Of a DNA stretch of 64,000 bases, positions 41,900 to 50,923 are shown one piece after another. The stretch is from Desulfobulbaceae bacterium DB1. Lineage in GTDB: Bacteria > Desulfobacterota > Desulfobulbia > Desulfobulbales > SURF-16. The notes beneath the pieces are model-generated. The model was given only the letters and a program-made list of their open reading frames with translations, searched no databases and was not told the origin of the DNA. Location: assembly GCA_001914235.1 (NCBI GenBank), contig MQUF01000009.1, forward strand, positions 11,614-75,613. The letters are read 5' to 3'. Both the position numbers and the translations under genes were made by a program. Every line of letters begins with the position of its first letter. The first letter of the stretch is position 1.

Positions 41900-42613
41900 G
41901 TGGCAAGTAAAGAAACGACGACTTCAGATCCTGGTTGGAAGAACACACGTGATTGGATTCAGCTTCTTGTGGTGGTGTTCGTCGCCTTGTCCGGCACCTA
42001 CCAGTTCGTGTTCAAGGATATTATCAAGCCGAGCCGGGAGCCGACTGCTCTTGAACTTGCCACGAGCCTGGAGAATATTGCGGAACAGGATGGAATGCTT
42101 CTGATCCGCGTCCGCATCACGGCAATAAACCAAACCAGCCGCAGGATATACGTGCCGGCGTTCTGGTTCAACGTGCGAGCCGTGAAACTTTCCAGCGCCC
42201 CTTCCCCTGGCGCGGCTGACGAGAAATTGACAAAGACAGAACCTGACGGTTTGGTTGTTGCCTACGGCCGGATCGACTCCCGGCAACCGGTCGCGCATCA
42301 GCGCATCGTCCCAGGTGGTCTCTCCTGGTGGGAGCCGAAGGATAAAACGCACAATGAGGCGGTTTTCACTGTTCCAAAGGGGGAATTCGACTATCTGGAA
42401 ATGCGGGTTTTCTACCTGCACACGAGATTCGGCGATGTCCTGCTGGACCCTGAATGGATTATGGACGGCGAAGGAGAGTGGAACGCCGACTTCAAGCTCA
42501 AGCCGGGTCTGTTCGGGGAGCGTGATCCCTTCGAGTGGCAGGAAGAAACGGGATCGGGCCTGAACTGGGCGGTGACAACGCTGCCGCTGTGGGACAAGGA
42601 GCAGGGAAGGTAG
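41900..42613 (+). CDS. Hypothetical N-terminally anchored protein (237 aa)
   Basis: GTG start preceded by AAGGA. Contains one TM helix (WIQLLVVVFVALSGTYQFVF) followed by a beta-rich soluble domain. No family was recognised. Confidence 0.55.
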   Translation: MASKETTTSDPGWKNTRDWIQLLVVVFVALSGTYQFVFKDIIKPSREPTALELATSLENIAEQDGMLLIRVRITAINQTSRRIYVPAFWFNVRAVKLSSAPSPGAADEKLTKTEPDGLVVAYGRIDSRQPVAHQRIVPGGLSWWEPKDKTHNEAVFTVPKGEFDYLEMRVFYLHTRFGDVLLDPEWIMDGEGEWNADFKLKPGLFGERDPFEWQEETGSGLNWAVTTLPLWDKEQGR

Positions 42614-42676
42614 CCGGGGATCGCCTCTGGAAAAATAATAAGGAATGGAAGAAAAAGATGGCGCAGGGAGGAAGCT

Positions 42677-42904
42677 GTGAAAATGCGACAGAGGGGCGGG
42701 TTCAAACCGGGCGTGTTTAGCCGAACCATCGGCGGAACCACGGCGCTTGCGGCAACACTGGTCAGGATGTCCGCCGGCATTGTTGCTGTTGCCTGTCTGG
42801 GGTATTTCTTCAAAGACAGGGTGAAAAACAAAAAAAATCGTACACGTGCCAACGATTCGGAAGTTGTGCCCGAGCACAAATCGGATATCAACGTTCAGGA
42901 ATGA
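42677..42904 (+). CDS. Possible small membrane protein (75 aa)
   Basis: GGAGGA lies upstream, and there is one hydrophobic helix (TTALAATLVRMSAGIVAVACLGYFF). The ORF is short, so support is weak. Confidence 0.25.
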   Translation: MKMRQRGGFKPGVFSRTIGGTTALAATLVRMSAGIVAVACLGYFFKDRVKNKKNRTRANDSEVVPEHKSDINVQE

Positions 42905-43526
42905 CCGATTATCGACACGTAGAGGAGTGGCCGGCGGGAAAATGCCGGTCGGCATACCACGATGATTGATTTCAACTGGTCTGCCCGAAAGCATGCGCCC
43001 GGTCCGGGGAAGGAAGAACCCCCGCTCTTTCCTTCCCCGGGATTTCCGGAGCGCAATCGTCAGACCGCTCCAACCCGCAACTTCTTCCGGATGGCGGTCA
43101 TGTTTGTCTTATTTTAAGTTTCAACGATGAAATGAAAAAAAAGGTTCCCTGGAATGTGAAAAAAAATGCGGAAGGAGGGGATGACGACGGTTTGGTTTCT
43201 TGGTGCCGTAACGTGAGCAACGGGAAAAATCGTTTCCCGGCATGCTGATCTGGAGCCGTTTTAACGGTTTTCAGGCTGATCAGGGGACGGGAAAAAACAG
43301 ATGGTCGGTTTCGGCAGGAAGTATCGGTTGTGGCTCGTGATAGAGAAAATCGCCGAAGAGGCGGCAAGATGCGGAAAGATGTTTTTAGACCGGGTTGAAA
43401 TGAAAGTAATGGAACGCAACATTCAACCCGATCATCTGCGTCAGACTGAAATAATGGCCGGCAAAAATCATCGGAACCTTACGGAACCGAGACGCTCTTT
43501 TTTTCGCATAAAGCGAGGACCATGGG

Positions 43527-44003
43527 TTAATGGCCCCCTCGATGGCAATCGCTGCAACGATAGTTCGGCAGATCATGATGAAGATTGTTGCTTCTCGGGC
43601 TGCCGGTCACCGTGTCGGCTGGATGGCAATTGAGGCAGTTCCGTTCAATGGTAACCTGGTAGGCCGAGTCATCATCAGTCTGCTCGACGGCATGACATGA
43701 CAAACACTCATAGGTGTTACCGCCGGTTTCGTAAGGGACAATGCTTGCCGGCGGGATGGTCTGCCCGATCAGTAAGTGGTGTTTGTCCGGGTTTTCATAC
43801 TGGAGCCGGGGAAAACGGGCAAGATCACCGTGGCATGCGCGGCAGTCAGCCTCAGTTGCCGAGTCGTCCCAATCGCCTTGCATGCCGTCACTCCAGGAAT
43901 CTCGTGACGAACCCCATGCCCCGGCATCATCAGGGAAAAAAATCAGGATGATTGCGAAAAGGGCAAGAGTTATACGTGTCAGTAACTTCATTTTTTTCTT
44001 CAT
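43527..44003 (-). CDS. Secreted tetraheme cytochrome c
   Basis: Signal peptide. Four CXXCH motifs: CRACH, CLSCH, CLNCH, CSDCH. Confidence 0.85.
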   Translation of the reverse strand: MKKKMKLLTRITLALFAIILIFFPDDAGAWGSSRDSWSDGMQGDWDDSATEADCRACHGDLARFPRLQYENPDKHHLLIGQTIPPASIVPYETGGNTYECLSCHAVEQTDDDSAYQVTIERNCLNCHPADTVTGSPRSNNLHHDLPNYRCSDCHRGGH

Positions 44004-44098
44004 TTCGTATCTCCTTGCAAATGTTGAAGTGTCACCGGAAATTGCCGGTTGTGCTATGAAGATTTTATCCTTCCCGGGACCTTTTGCGGGAAAATGCG

Positions 44099-45106
44099 TT
44101 AGTTGAGATATATTTCGACATCAGCCTTTTTTCTCAACTCTTTTATGTGCTCCAGCCGCATTTTGCCGATATGTTTTTCTTCGAGAAACTTTTTTATAAA
44201 AGGGCGCGCCTGATCAATCGGGAGATAGCCGGAAGGTTCCTTGGCAAGCACCTGTAAGAGATGATAACCGAATCCGGTTTGAAATACCTTGCTCGTTGTG
44301 CCCTGCTCACTGCTGAAAGCAATTTCATCAAACTCCGGGGGCATGAACCCCTTCTCGATGAAACCAAGTTGACCACCTTGCTGTTTCGACATGAGGCAAT
44401 CAGAGTATTCTTCAGCTAATGCGCCAAAATCCGCACCTGCCTGAATTTTTTGCTTGATATCATTTATTTTTTGCAGAGCAGCATCTCTTTCCGGCTGTTT
44501 CGCGTCATCCTTTACCTGCACCAGAATATGTTGCACATTCACACGTTCCTTTTTTTTGAAGTTTTCCTTGTTGTGTTCGTAAAAGGCAAGAACCTCTTCT
44601 TCCGGTGGATCAAAGTGCAATATCCCTTGTTTTTCCATGTAGGTGGTGATCATTGTTTTGTTCTGCAATGAAGCCAACATGCTCTGTTCAGTCATTTGAC
44701 GGGATTTGAGATACCCGTCGAACCTCTCCTGCGTATCATAGTGCTTTTTCAGGTCATTAAATTCCTGAAGAGCCTTCTGCTCAATGTCCGGCATCTCATA
44801 TTTGCTGATTGCCTGGGAGAGAACTTCGTTATCGATAATTCGTTCCAGGGCCTGTTTGTTCAGGGTTTTTATCAATTCAGGCGCGGCTTTTTTCATGCCG
44901 AACTTGTTATATTTTTCAAGATCCCTGGTTACTTCCAAGGTCAATCGGTCTTCGCCGATCGGCTGTCCGTTGACCTTGGCAACGATTTTGCCGCGATCCG
45001 TCTTTTCCGCGGAATCCGCACGACCCAAACCGGTGCAACAGAACAGAAGGGAAATAACCCAACATGTAGCCAGGGTAAACGTCGTGATATTTGTTTTTGT
45101 TTGCAT
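44099..45106 (-). CDS. Periplasmic parvulin-type peptidyl-prolyl isomerase (SurA/PpiD-like)
   Basis: 335 aa with an N-terminal hydrophobic leader. The parvulin domain reads VQHILV...GGQLGFIEKGFMPPEFDEIAF...FGYHLLQV. Confidence 0.85.
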   Translation of the reverse strand: MQTKTNITTFTLATCWVISLLFCCTGLGRADSAEKTDRGKIVAKVNGQPIGEDRLTLEVTRDLEKYNKFGMKKAAPELIKTLNKQALERIIDNEVLSQAISKYEMPDIEQKALQEFNDLKKHYDTQERFDGYLKSRQMTEQSMLASLQNKTMITTYMEKQGILHFDPPEEEVLAFYEHNKENFKKKERVNVQHILVQVKDDAKQPERDAALQKINDIKQKIQAGADFGALAEEYSDCLMSKQQGGQLGFIEKGFMPPEFDEIAFSSEQGTTSKVFQTGFGYHLLQVLAKEPSGYLPIDQARPFIKKFLEEKHIGKMRLEHIKELRKKADVEIYLN

Positions 45107-45189
45107 GTTTTTTCACAATTCGTCAGACAGCCCGCACAGTCCTTTGGGGACACATCAAGGGTGTGAGATGCGATCAGGCTGAAATTTTA

Positions 45190-46692
45190 TTAGAGGCTGC
45201 TTGCTTTATCGATGCGAACTCTTGCTGAAGCGCCGGGTTTGCCGATGGGTTGAAAAACGATGTCGAATGCCGTGTCGCTCGCATCAAGAAAAAAGGTCAC
45301 ATCCTCCTCTGGTGACTGCCGTTGAAAATGCACCATTTCCGAAAGATCACTTCTTCTTGTCCTTCCCTCCCAAACGGCAATGTGAACACCACGCAGAGAG
45401 ATGTTCCTGATGGAAACCTGGTACATATCTCCGGAAAGACTGACGATGTTCTTGTTACACCCGTATTTGCCGTCTTTTGTCAGCTCGAACTCCAGGAAGG
45501 GGCCTTCAACCTCATCATTGTTTTCCAGGGCGGCTTCCACACTGACGAGGCCAAAGCCGAAAACTTCATCCCGGCCGGCATCTCCCAAATCCCGAGCGCT
45601 TTGCTGCAACTGCCGGCGGACATCGAGATTGTTGATGATGCCATCTGCATTTATATCATCCACCCCTGAGGAAAGAAGAAGAGCGGCTGTTCCTGAAACA
45701 TGCGGTGCCGCTTGCGAGGTGCCGCTTAATTCCGCATAGGTGTTGTCGGCGGTGGTTGAGTTGATGGCGACTCCCGGGGCAGCCAGTTCAATCTGCGGTC
45801 CTGTCGAGGCAAACCAGCCCTTTTGATCCGCCTTATCCGTGCCCGTCACGGCAATAACGGAATCATAGGCGGCCGGATAGGTAATGGTGCTGCCATTGCC
45901 TGCCGCGGCCACAAGCAGGACTCCGGCATTATAGGCCGTTTCGCAGGCATCCTGAAGAGCGGCCGAATGAGGGCCGCCAATACTGATGTTGACGATATCG
46001 ATATCATTTTCAACAGCCCAGTCGATACCGGCGATGATCCAGCTTAAAAGGCCGAAACCGGCGCCATCCAATACCTTGATGCCATAGAGTGCGGCACTGG
46101 GCGCCACGCCGACAACCCCGCTGCCGTCGGCGGCAGCGGCGATGACACCGGCCACATGGGTCCCATGACTGTTCCAGCTGTCGTCAAAGGGATCATTATC
46201 ATTAAAGACAAAGTCCCATCCGCCCTGATAATTATCAGCAAGTTCCGGGTGGGTATAGTCGATGCCGCTATCGAGAACGGCAACGCGCACTCTCTCTCCC
46301 GTGATATTGTCGGAGTGGGCCGTCTTGCTGCCTATATGCTCTACTCCCCATGAATTCAGGTATTCAACAGGATCAGCCGAGGCATCCAAGGGCTCAATCG
46401 TCGAATACACCGTATCCTCGACAATATATTTCACTTTTGGATTTTTGCGGAGTCTGACCATGTCCTCATCGCTAAGGGTTGCCGCAAACGCTTTGAGATG
46501 ACGAAATTTGCGTTTGACCCCTCCGCCATGCCCCCGCAAAAGAGTTTCCTCTTGTATCCCGGGGGTGTCGTGAAACCCGACGATTACCGCGCGTTCCTCA
46601 GCCTGCGCAACAGGAGTGAAACCGAAAAAAAACATCAGGGTCGGAATGATGACGGAGTTGCACCGCAACATTATTTTTTTGGGTACATACAT
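45190..46692 (-). CDS. Secreted subtilisin-family (S8) serine protease with an I9-like propeptide and a C-terminal beta-domain
   Basis: The catalytic triad motifs are VAVLDSGID, HGTHVAGVIAA and SGTSQAAPHVSGTAALL. A signal peptide is present. Confidence 0.9.
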   Translation of the reverse strand: MYVPKKIMLRCNSVIIPTLMFFFGFTPVAQAEERAVIVGFHDTPGIQEETLLRGHGGGVKRKFRHLKAFAATLSDEDMVRLRKNPKVKYIVEDTVYSTIEPLDASADPVEYLNSWGVEHIGSKTAHSDNITGERVRVAVLDSGIDYTHPELADNYQGGWDFVFNDNDPFDDSWNSHGTHVAGVIAAAADGSGVVGVAPSAALYGIKVLDGAGFGLLSWIIAGIDWAVENDIDIVNISIGGPHSAALQDACETAYNAGVLLVAAAGNGSTITYPAAYDSVIAVTGTDKADQKGWFASTGPQIELAAPGVAINSTTADNTYAELSGTSQAAPHVSGTAALLLSSGVDDINADGIINNLDVRRQLQQSARDLGDAGRDEVFGFGLVSVEAALENNDEVEGPFLEFELTKDGKYGCNKNIVSLSGDMYQVSIRNISLRGVHIAVWEGRTRRSDLSEMVHFQRQSPEEDVTFFLDASDTAFDIVFQPIGKPGASARVRIDKASSL

Positions 46693-46763
46693 TGTGTTTC
46701 CTCATTTATGTCAAAAAATGCGTTTTTTCCGCTGTTTGTTCGACAAAGACAGGTGCGCTGGAC

Positions 46764-47366
46764 CTATGCCTTTTTCTTCCTCAGGCGCCCTCCGAGAAGA
46801 CCGGCCAGGCCTGTGCCGAAAAGCAGCATGGTGGCCGGTTCGGGAACAGGATCAACGGTAACTGCGGAAAAAGGATTCCCAGCCTCATCAGCCAGCGTGA
46901 CATTCGCAAATGAAAGCACGCTCATGCCGGGATTTATCGCCTGAAACGAAAGAGTGGCCAGGGTCATGGAGTTTGACGGGGATGTAAATTGATCAGCAAA
47001 AAAAGAGTCGCCAGTGGACGAGTCAAGGCCAATGAGTGAAAACTCGGCGAGGTTTACCAGGCCGGGCGCGTAGTTGCCGGAACTTGCGTCCCAGGCAGAA
47101 ATACCATCAACTACTCCCAGGCCGACCCCCAGGGAGTAGGAGTCAAAGGACAAAACGCTTGAATCAAAGCTGATATCAAAATCAAATGCGCTTAGCGTAT
47201 CTGAATCCCGCATGTCTGACAGGACGATATCAACAGCGAACACATCGTCTGCAAGAATTGCGGAGTTTGTCGGCGTAAATGACAATGATGCCGCCATTGC
47301 CGGAGCGCTTAACAGCGAAAGCACGGTAAAGACCGAACAACAACCCAATGACTTCATGAATTTCAT
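46764..47366 (-). CDS. PEP-CTERM-anchored protein with a cohesin-like domain
   Basis: Signal peptide. The cohesin-like pattern is FAVDIVLSD...LSAFDFDISFDSSVLSF. The C-terminal sorting signal is VPEPATMLLFGTGLAGLLGGRLRKKK. Confidence 0.75.
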   Translation of the reverse strand: MKFMKSLGCCSVFTVLSLLSAPAMAASLSFTPTNSAILADDVFAVDIVLSDMRDSDTLSAFDFDISFDSSVLSFDSYSLGVGLGVVDGISAWDASSGNYAPGLVNLAEFSLIGLDSSTGDSFFADQFTSPSNSMTLATLSFQAINPGMSVLSFANVTLADEAGNPFSAVTVDPVPEPATMLLFGTGLAGLLGGRLRKKKA

Positions 47367-47481
47367 TTTATTTTCCTCACTTGTAACATATTTTTAAAAA
47401 AAAACTTTCTCATAATTTCCCAGAATCAGCCTGCGGCAGACACTGTCACGGTAAGTGAAACCGAAACAGGACCCAAACAGG

Positions 47482-47540
47482 TTAAAACAAGAAATAAACT
47501 GCTGTTCCTCCATACAATGCGGAAGGAGGAACAGCAGTTT
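47482..47540 (-). terminator. Rho-independent terminator after the dockerin-protein gene
   Basis: Perfect 16-bp stem AAACTGCTGTTCCTCC / GGAGGAACAGCAGTTT. On the minus strand it is followed by a T-rich tract. Confidence 0.7.
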
Positions 47541-47603
47541 TAAGAAAAACGGATTATCAGACCTTTTACCGGATATCAATAAACGGCTTCACAAGAGTCT
47601 CCT

Positions 47604-49187
47604 TTAAAGAGCTCTTTTGGGGCCGGGTTTGTCGGCAGGATTTACCGTATTGGTTTGAACCGATGCCGAGGATTTCGTCGCCAACCATAACAACACTAAT
47701 TTTCGTGCATCAAGGATGGTAATCCTTCCATCTCCATCGATATCACATTCTGTACATTCATCGACGGGATGACGCAAAAAGCCTGTAAGAATTGTGACAT
47801 CCGCCATATTGACAATACCGTCATCGTTCAAATCTCCGGGTATGGCGTTTGGCGTACACGTTGAATTGTCCCCATCGCAGACACCGCAGTTATCCAGCAC
47901 AGCGGAACCACCCCAGGTGCCATTGCAGTCCTGGACGCAGTCATTGGCCGGATTGGTATCGCAGGTGCCGCAGTTATCTGTCGTTGCGGAACCACCCCAG
48001 GTACCGGCGCAATCCTGGACGCAGTCATTGGCCGGATCGCTGTCGCAGGTGCCGCAGGCATCAACCACGGCTGCGCCGCCAAAGACGCCATTGCAGTCCT
48101 GGGTACAGTCATTGGCTGGATTGGTATCACAGACACCGCAGTTATCTACCGTTGCGGAACCACCCCAGGTACCGGCGCAATCCTGGACGCAGTCATTGGC
48201 GGGATTGGTGTCGCAGGTGCCGCAGTTGTCTGTCGTTGCGGAACCACCCCAGGTACCGGCGCAATCCTGGACGCAGTCATTGATTGGATCGCTGTCGCAG
48301 GTGCCGCAGTTGTCAACCACGGCAGTGCCGTTGGCAACGCCGTTACAATCAAGGCAGGTTGAGTTGTCGCCGCCGCAGACGCCGCAATCGTCAACAATTG
48401 CGGAGCCATTGCATACGCCGTTGCAGTCGATGACTCCGGCACAGTTCGATTCCAAAGCAAGCGAACTCGTCAGATAGGTATTGGTTCCCGTATCAGGATC
48501 TTGCTGGACAAGATAAAATCCGGCAGGTGCGGTTGCCCCGGCGGTAAAGGATATGACGGCAGTTTGTCCTTCAAGGAGTTCAAAATCCCAACTTTGCCCC
48601 AGGGCCGTATCTTCAACAGGGGGAACTAAATACTGCCCATCCGGCAAAGGAAACCGGTCAAAAAATATTTCATTATCAAAGTAAGAAGATGGTGGAAAAG
48701 TGACGCCGGAGTCGAAAAAATTATCAAAAATATCACCAGTGTACAATACGTTGGCAGTCCCTGTCTTCTTGGCGGAACCCCAGCCGATTTCATCAATTTC
48801 CCAGGAAAGGCCGGCCGGGGCGGTTCCGTTACTTGTTCCGGTTTCATTCAGGACATTGTTGATCGAATAATCGAGATCGTAATTGAAATAAACAGATACC
48901 GAATGAGGCCCTGCGCCGGTCACCGTGATGACAAGTTTTCCAAAACCATCAAGAATGGAATAATTATCCGTAAGATTAAATGTTGCATAGTCGATGGAAG
49001 GGGGAAGGTCTGAAAGTTTGCTCAAATTGCCCTTTGAAAAAAAGTCATACGAGCAGGGCCCCTCAAGGCAGTAGCTTGTGCCGTCTATGTTAATGCCCCA
49101 GTCAAATAATTCTACCTCCGCCTGGGAAGGAGAACTGAAAATAAATACAAACAACAAGGAGTTCACTCCTGACAACAACCTCTTCAT
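47604..49187 (-). CDS. Secreted protein: unknown N-domain, seven Cys-rich 28-aa repeats and a C-terminal dockerin
   Basis: Signal peptide. The repeat unit is DCxGxxGGxAxxDxCGxCDxxPxNDCxQ, in seven copies. The dockerin has two Ca-loop repeats: GDLNDDGIVNMADVTIL and CDIDGDGRITILDARKL. Confidence 0.8.
   Translation of the reverse strand: MKRLLSGVNSLLFVFIFSSPSQAEVELFDWGINIDGTSYCLEGPCSYDFFSKGNLSKLSDLPPSIDYATFNLTDNYSILDGFGKLVITVTGAGPHSVSVYFNYDLDYSINNVLNETGTSNGTAPAGLSWEIDEIGWGSAKKTGTANVLYTGDIFDNFFDSGVTFPPSSYFDNEIFFDRFPLPDGQYLVPPVEDTALGQSWDFELLEGQTAVISFTAGATAPAGFYLVQQDPDTGTNTYLTSSLALESNCAGVIDCNGVCNGSAIVDDCGVCGGDNSTCLDCNGVANGTAVVDNCGTCDSDPINDCVQDCAGTWGGSATTDNCGTCDTNPANDCVQDCAGTWGGSATVDNCGVCDTNPANDCTQDCNGVFGGAAVVDACGTCDSDPANDCVQDCAGTWGGSATTDNCGTCDTNPANDCVQDCNGTWGGSAVLDNCGVCDGDNSTCTPNAIPGDLNDDGIVNMADVTILTGFLRHPVDECTECDIDGDGRITILDARKLVLLWLATKSSASVQTNTVNPADKPGPKRAL
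47856..48443. repeat. In-frame 84-bp tandem repeat array (about 7 units) encoding the Cys-rich modules
   Basis: The string GGAACCACCCCAGGTACCGGCGCAATCCTGGACGCAGTCATTG recurs at least three times at an 84-bp or 168-bp spacing. Protein units 3 and 6 are identical. Confidence 0.85.
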
Positions 49188-49399
49188 TTTACCCCTCCAT
49201 CATTCAAGATGTTTTTTGGATGCGATTCCGCAATAGCAATGAGGTGAAAGCTTTGTTTTAACCCGGCAATGAAGGCAAAGGATTTTGGTAACAGTTGTCC
49301 CCATCGCGAACTACACCGGATTTTTCCTCGGCGTATTCAACCCCGCGGTACTCATTTTCTTTTTCAAGAAATGAATCCGCCGTCCGGTCAAGCGCAGAT

Positions 49400-49433
49400 G
49401 CAAATCGGGAAGCATCATAACCTCCCGATTTGC
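49400..49433 (-). other. Stable hairpin just downstream of the octaheme cytochrome gene, lacking a U-tract
   Basis: GCAAATCGGGA(A)G / CTCCCGATTTGC forms a 12-bp stem with one bulge and a 9-nt loop. It starts 24 nt after the stop codon. Confidence 0.4.
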
Positions 49434-49456
49434 AAGCCTTGTGTAACGGAGCCAAT

Positions 49457-50923
49457 TTATCTGCGCGTCGGCCTCAGTGTCCGCACTCTATCGTTATCTG
49501 CTCCCCAGATAGAATTGACGGTAACACTGCTCGGGCATACACTGCAGGTTGCTGAAATAGAAGTATCCGTCCACGTTCTTACTGCGCAATCCACTTCGGC
49601 CCCGGTCTTGTCGGTTGCCGACAGTCCGGTTCCCGAATTAAGGGCATCTACATGCTGGGAATACCCTGTGCCTTCAATAGTGACACTGGTTCCTCTGCAG
49701 GTAATGGATTGGTTCGCCATGGCTGGAATAACGCGCAGATTGACCGCGTTACTTGTTTTATCAGCCTTAACGACGCGGAAGTCATAGTTTCCGGGAGCAA
49801 GATCAGCCGGAACCGTCACTTCCACGGAAGTTGCGGAAATAGCGGAGGGTATAAGTTCTACAAAGGTTCCATCATCGGCGGTCAGCATCACTTTAGATGT
49901 TACACCGATTTCTTCGCCGCCAACGCCGATAACAACATTGGTGAAGCCCATACCGGTAGCAGTAACCGTCGCAGCGGTGCCACTGGTCACGCTCGTTACG
50001 TCCAGGGCGGATACGTCGGGAATAACCGGACCGGAATAGGGAGCTGCGGCAGACATGGCACTGAATCCATGACAGCCATAACAGTCGTCGTTGTGGCCGA
50101 TATGGCCCCAGTATGGATTTTCCGCGCCAGGAACAATGGAATTCACGTTGGCCGGGTTGTCTGAGTCAACCTGGATGTTATGAAGAGAAGCCACGCCGTG
50201 ACATGCCTCACATTTACGTATGTAATATTTTTTTTCTACAGTGAAGTCATGACAGAATTGGCATTGGGCACTGGCACCCAGACCAAGGCCGGTGGAGTGA
50301 TGTGTGTCGGCATTGGTAAGGACAAACAGTCCGGACGCGGTGTCGGTTCCCGATTCGTGACAAAAAACACACTGCCCCTCACCGTTTACGTCCGCATTGG
50401 GTTTATCGCTGGGCCATGGAGTGACGAGGCTCGGCTCATAGGACGGAATGTAATGTCCGTCCAATGGGTTATCAATGGGGCCGTGGCAGGCTTTACAATC
50501 CTGCGATTGGGCCTTGGCCGTCAAGTGATGGACGGAGGCTTCTCCGGCAACCTGATCATGACAGTAGAGGCAGTCGCGGAATGTATCAAAGACATAGCTG
50601 CTTGTTGTTGTGTCCCATACCTGCTGATGACAGGAAAGACATTGATAGGCGGTGACGCCGGCCTGTGGAAAAGGGACGTCGGTTTGGGTTGGGATGGTTT
50701 TGTTGACAAGTAAATGGTGCCTGTCCGGAATGGTTCCGGGGTTTACAATGGTTTGGTCTTCATGGCAGGCGCGACAATTCGCTTCAACTAAGTTGTTGAA
50801 CGAGCTGTCGGGGATGCCAAGGATTTGATTAACCGGGGGTGGTGGAGTGTTGGCCAGGCAGGTTCCTGCAGTCGTTAATGCAAAAACCGCTGTCAACATA
50901 ACCTTTTTTTTGGTTATCTCCAT
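49457..50923 (-). CDS. Secreted octaheme cytochrome c with C-terminal Ig-like (IPT/TIG-type) repeats
   Basis: Signal peptide. Eight CXXCH motifs: CRACH, CLSCH, CLYCH, CKACH, CVFCH, CQFCH, CEACH, CYGCH. The C-terminal ~190 aa is beta-rich with a repeated T/S/V pattern (VTATGMGF..., VTIEGTGY...). Confidence 0.85.
   Translation of the reverse strand: MEITKKKVMLTAVFALTTAGTCLANTPPPPVNQILGIPDSSFNNLVEANCRACHEDQTIVNPGTIPDRHHLLVNKTIPTQTDVPFPQAGVTAYQCLSCHQQVWDTTTSSYVFDTFRDCLYCHDQVAGEASVHHLTAKAQSQDCKACHGPIDNPLDGHYIPSYEPSLVTPWPSDKPNADVNGEGQCVFCHESGTDTASGLFVLTNADTHHSTGLGLGASAQCQFCHDFTVEKKYYIRKCEACHGVASLHNIQVDSDNPANVNSIVPGAENPYWGHIGHNDDCYGCHGFSAMSAAAPYSGPVIPDVSALDVTSVTSGTAATVTATGMGFTNVVIGVGGEEIGVTSKVMLTADDGTFVELIPSAISATSVEVTVPADLAPGNYDFRVVKADKTSNAVNLRVIPAMANQSITCRGTSVTIEGTGYSQHVDALNSGTGLSATDKTGAEVDCAVRTWTDTSISATCSVCPSSVTVNSIWGADNDRVRTLRPTRR

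Noticed and set aside
41924-42994. A 356-aa minus-strand ORF opposite the 237-aa orphan gene.
   Set aside because: The product is Arg/Pro-rich and looks non-coding, with no start context. The plus-strand ORF has a TM helix and an RBS and is the more plausible gene. Neither has homology support that I can verify.
45400-45700. The DDINADGIINNLDV loop in the S8 protease, considered as a second dockerin.
   Set aside because: Only a single Ca-loop-like segment is present. It is inserted within the normal subtilase C-terminal region, not as a duplicated two-loop dockerin module. It is more likely a calcium-binding insertion.
47856-48443. A regularly spaced direct-repeat array, considered as a possible CRISPR.
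   Set aside because: The repeats are contiguous 84-bp units with no unique spacers. They are in frame inside a long ORF and encode a coherent Cys-rich protein repeat. No cas genes are nearby.
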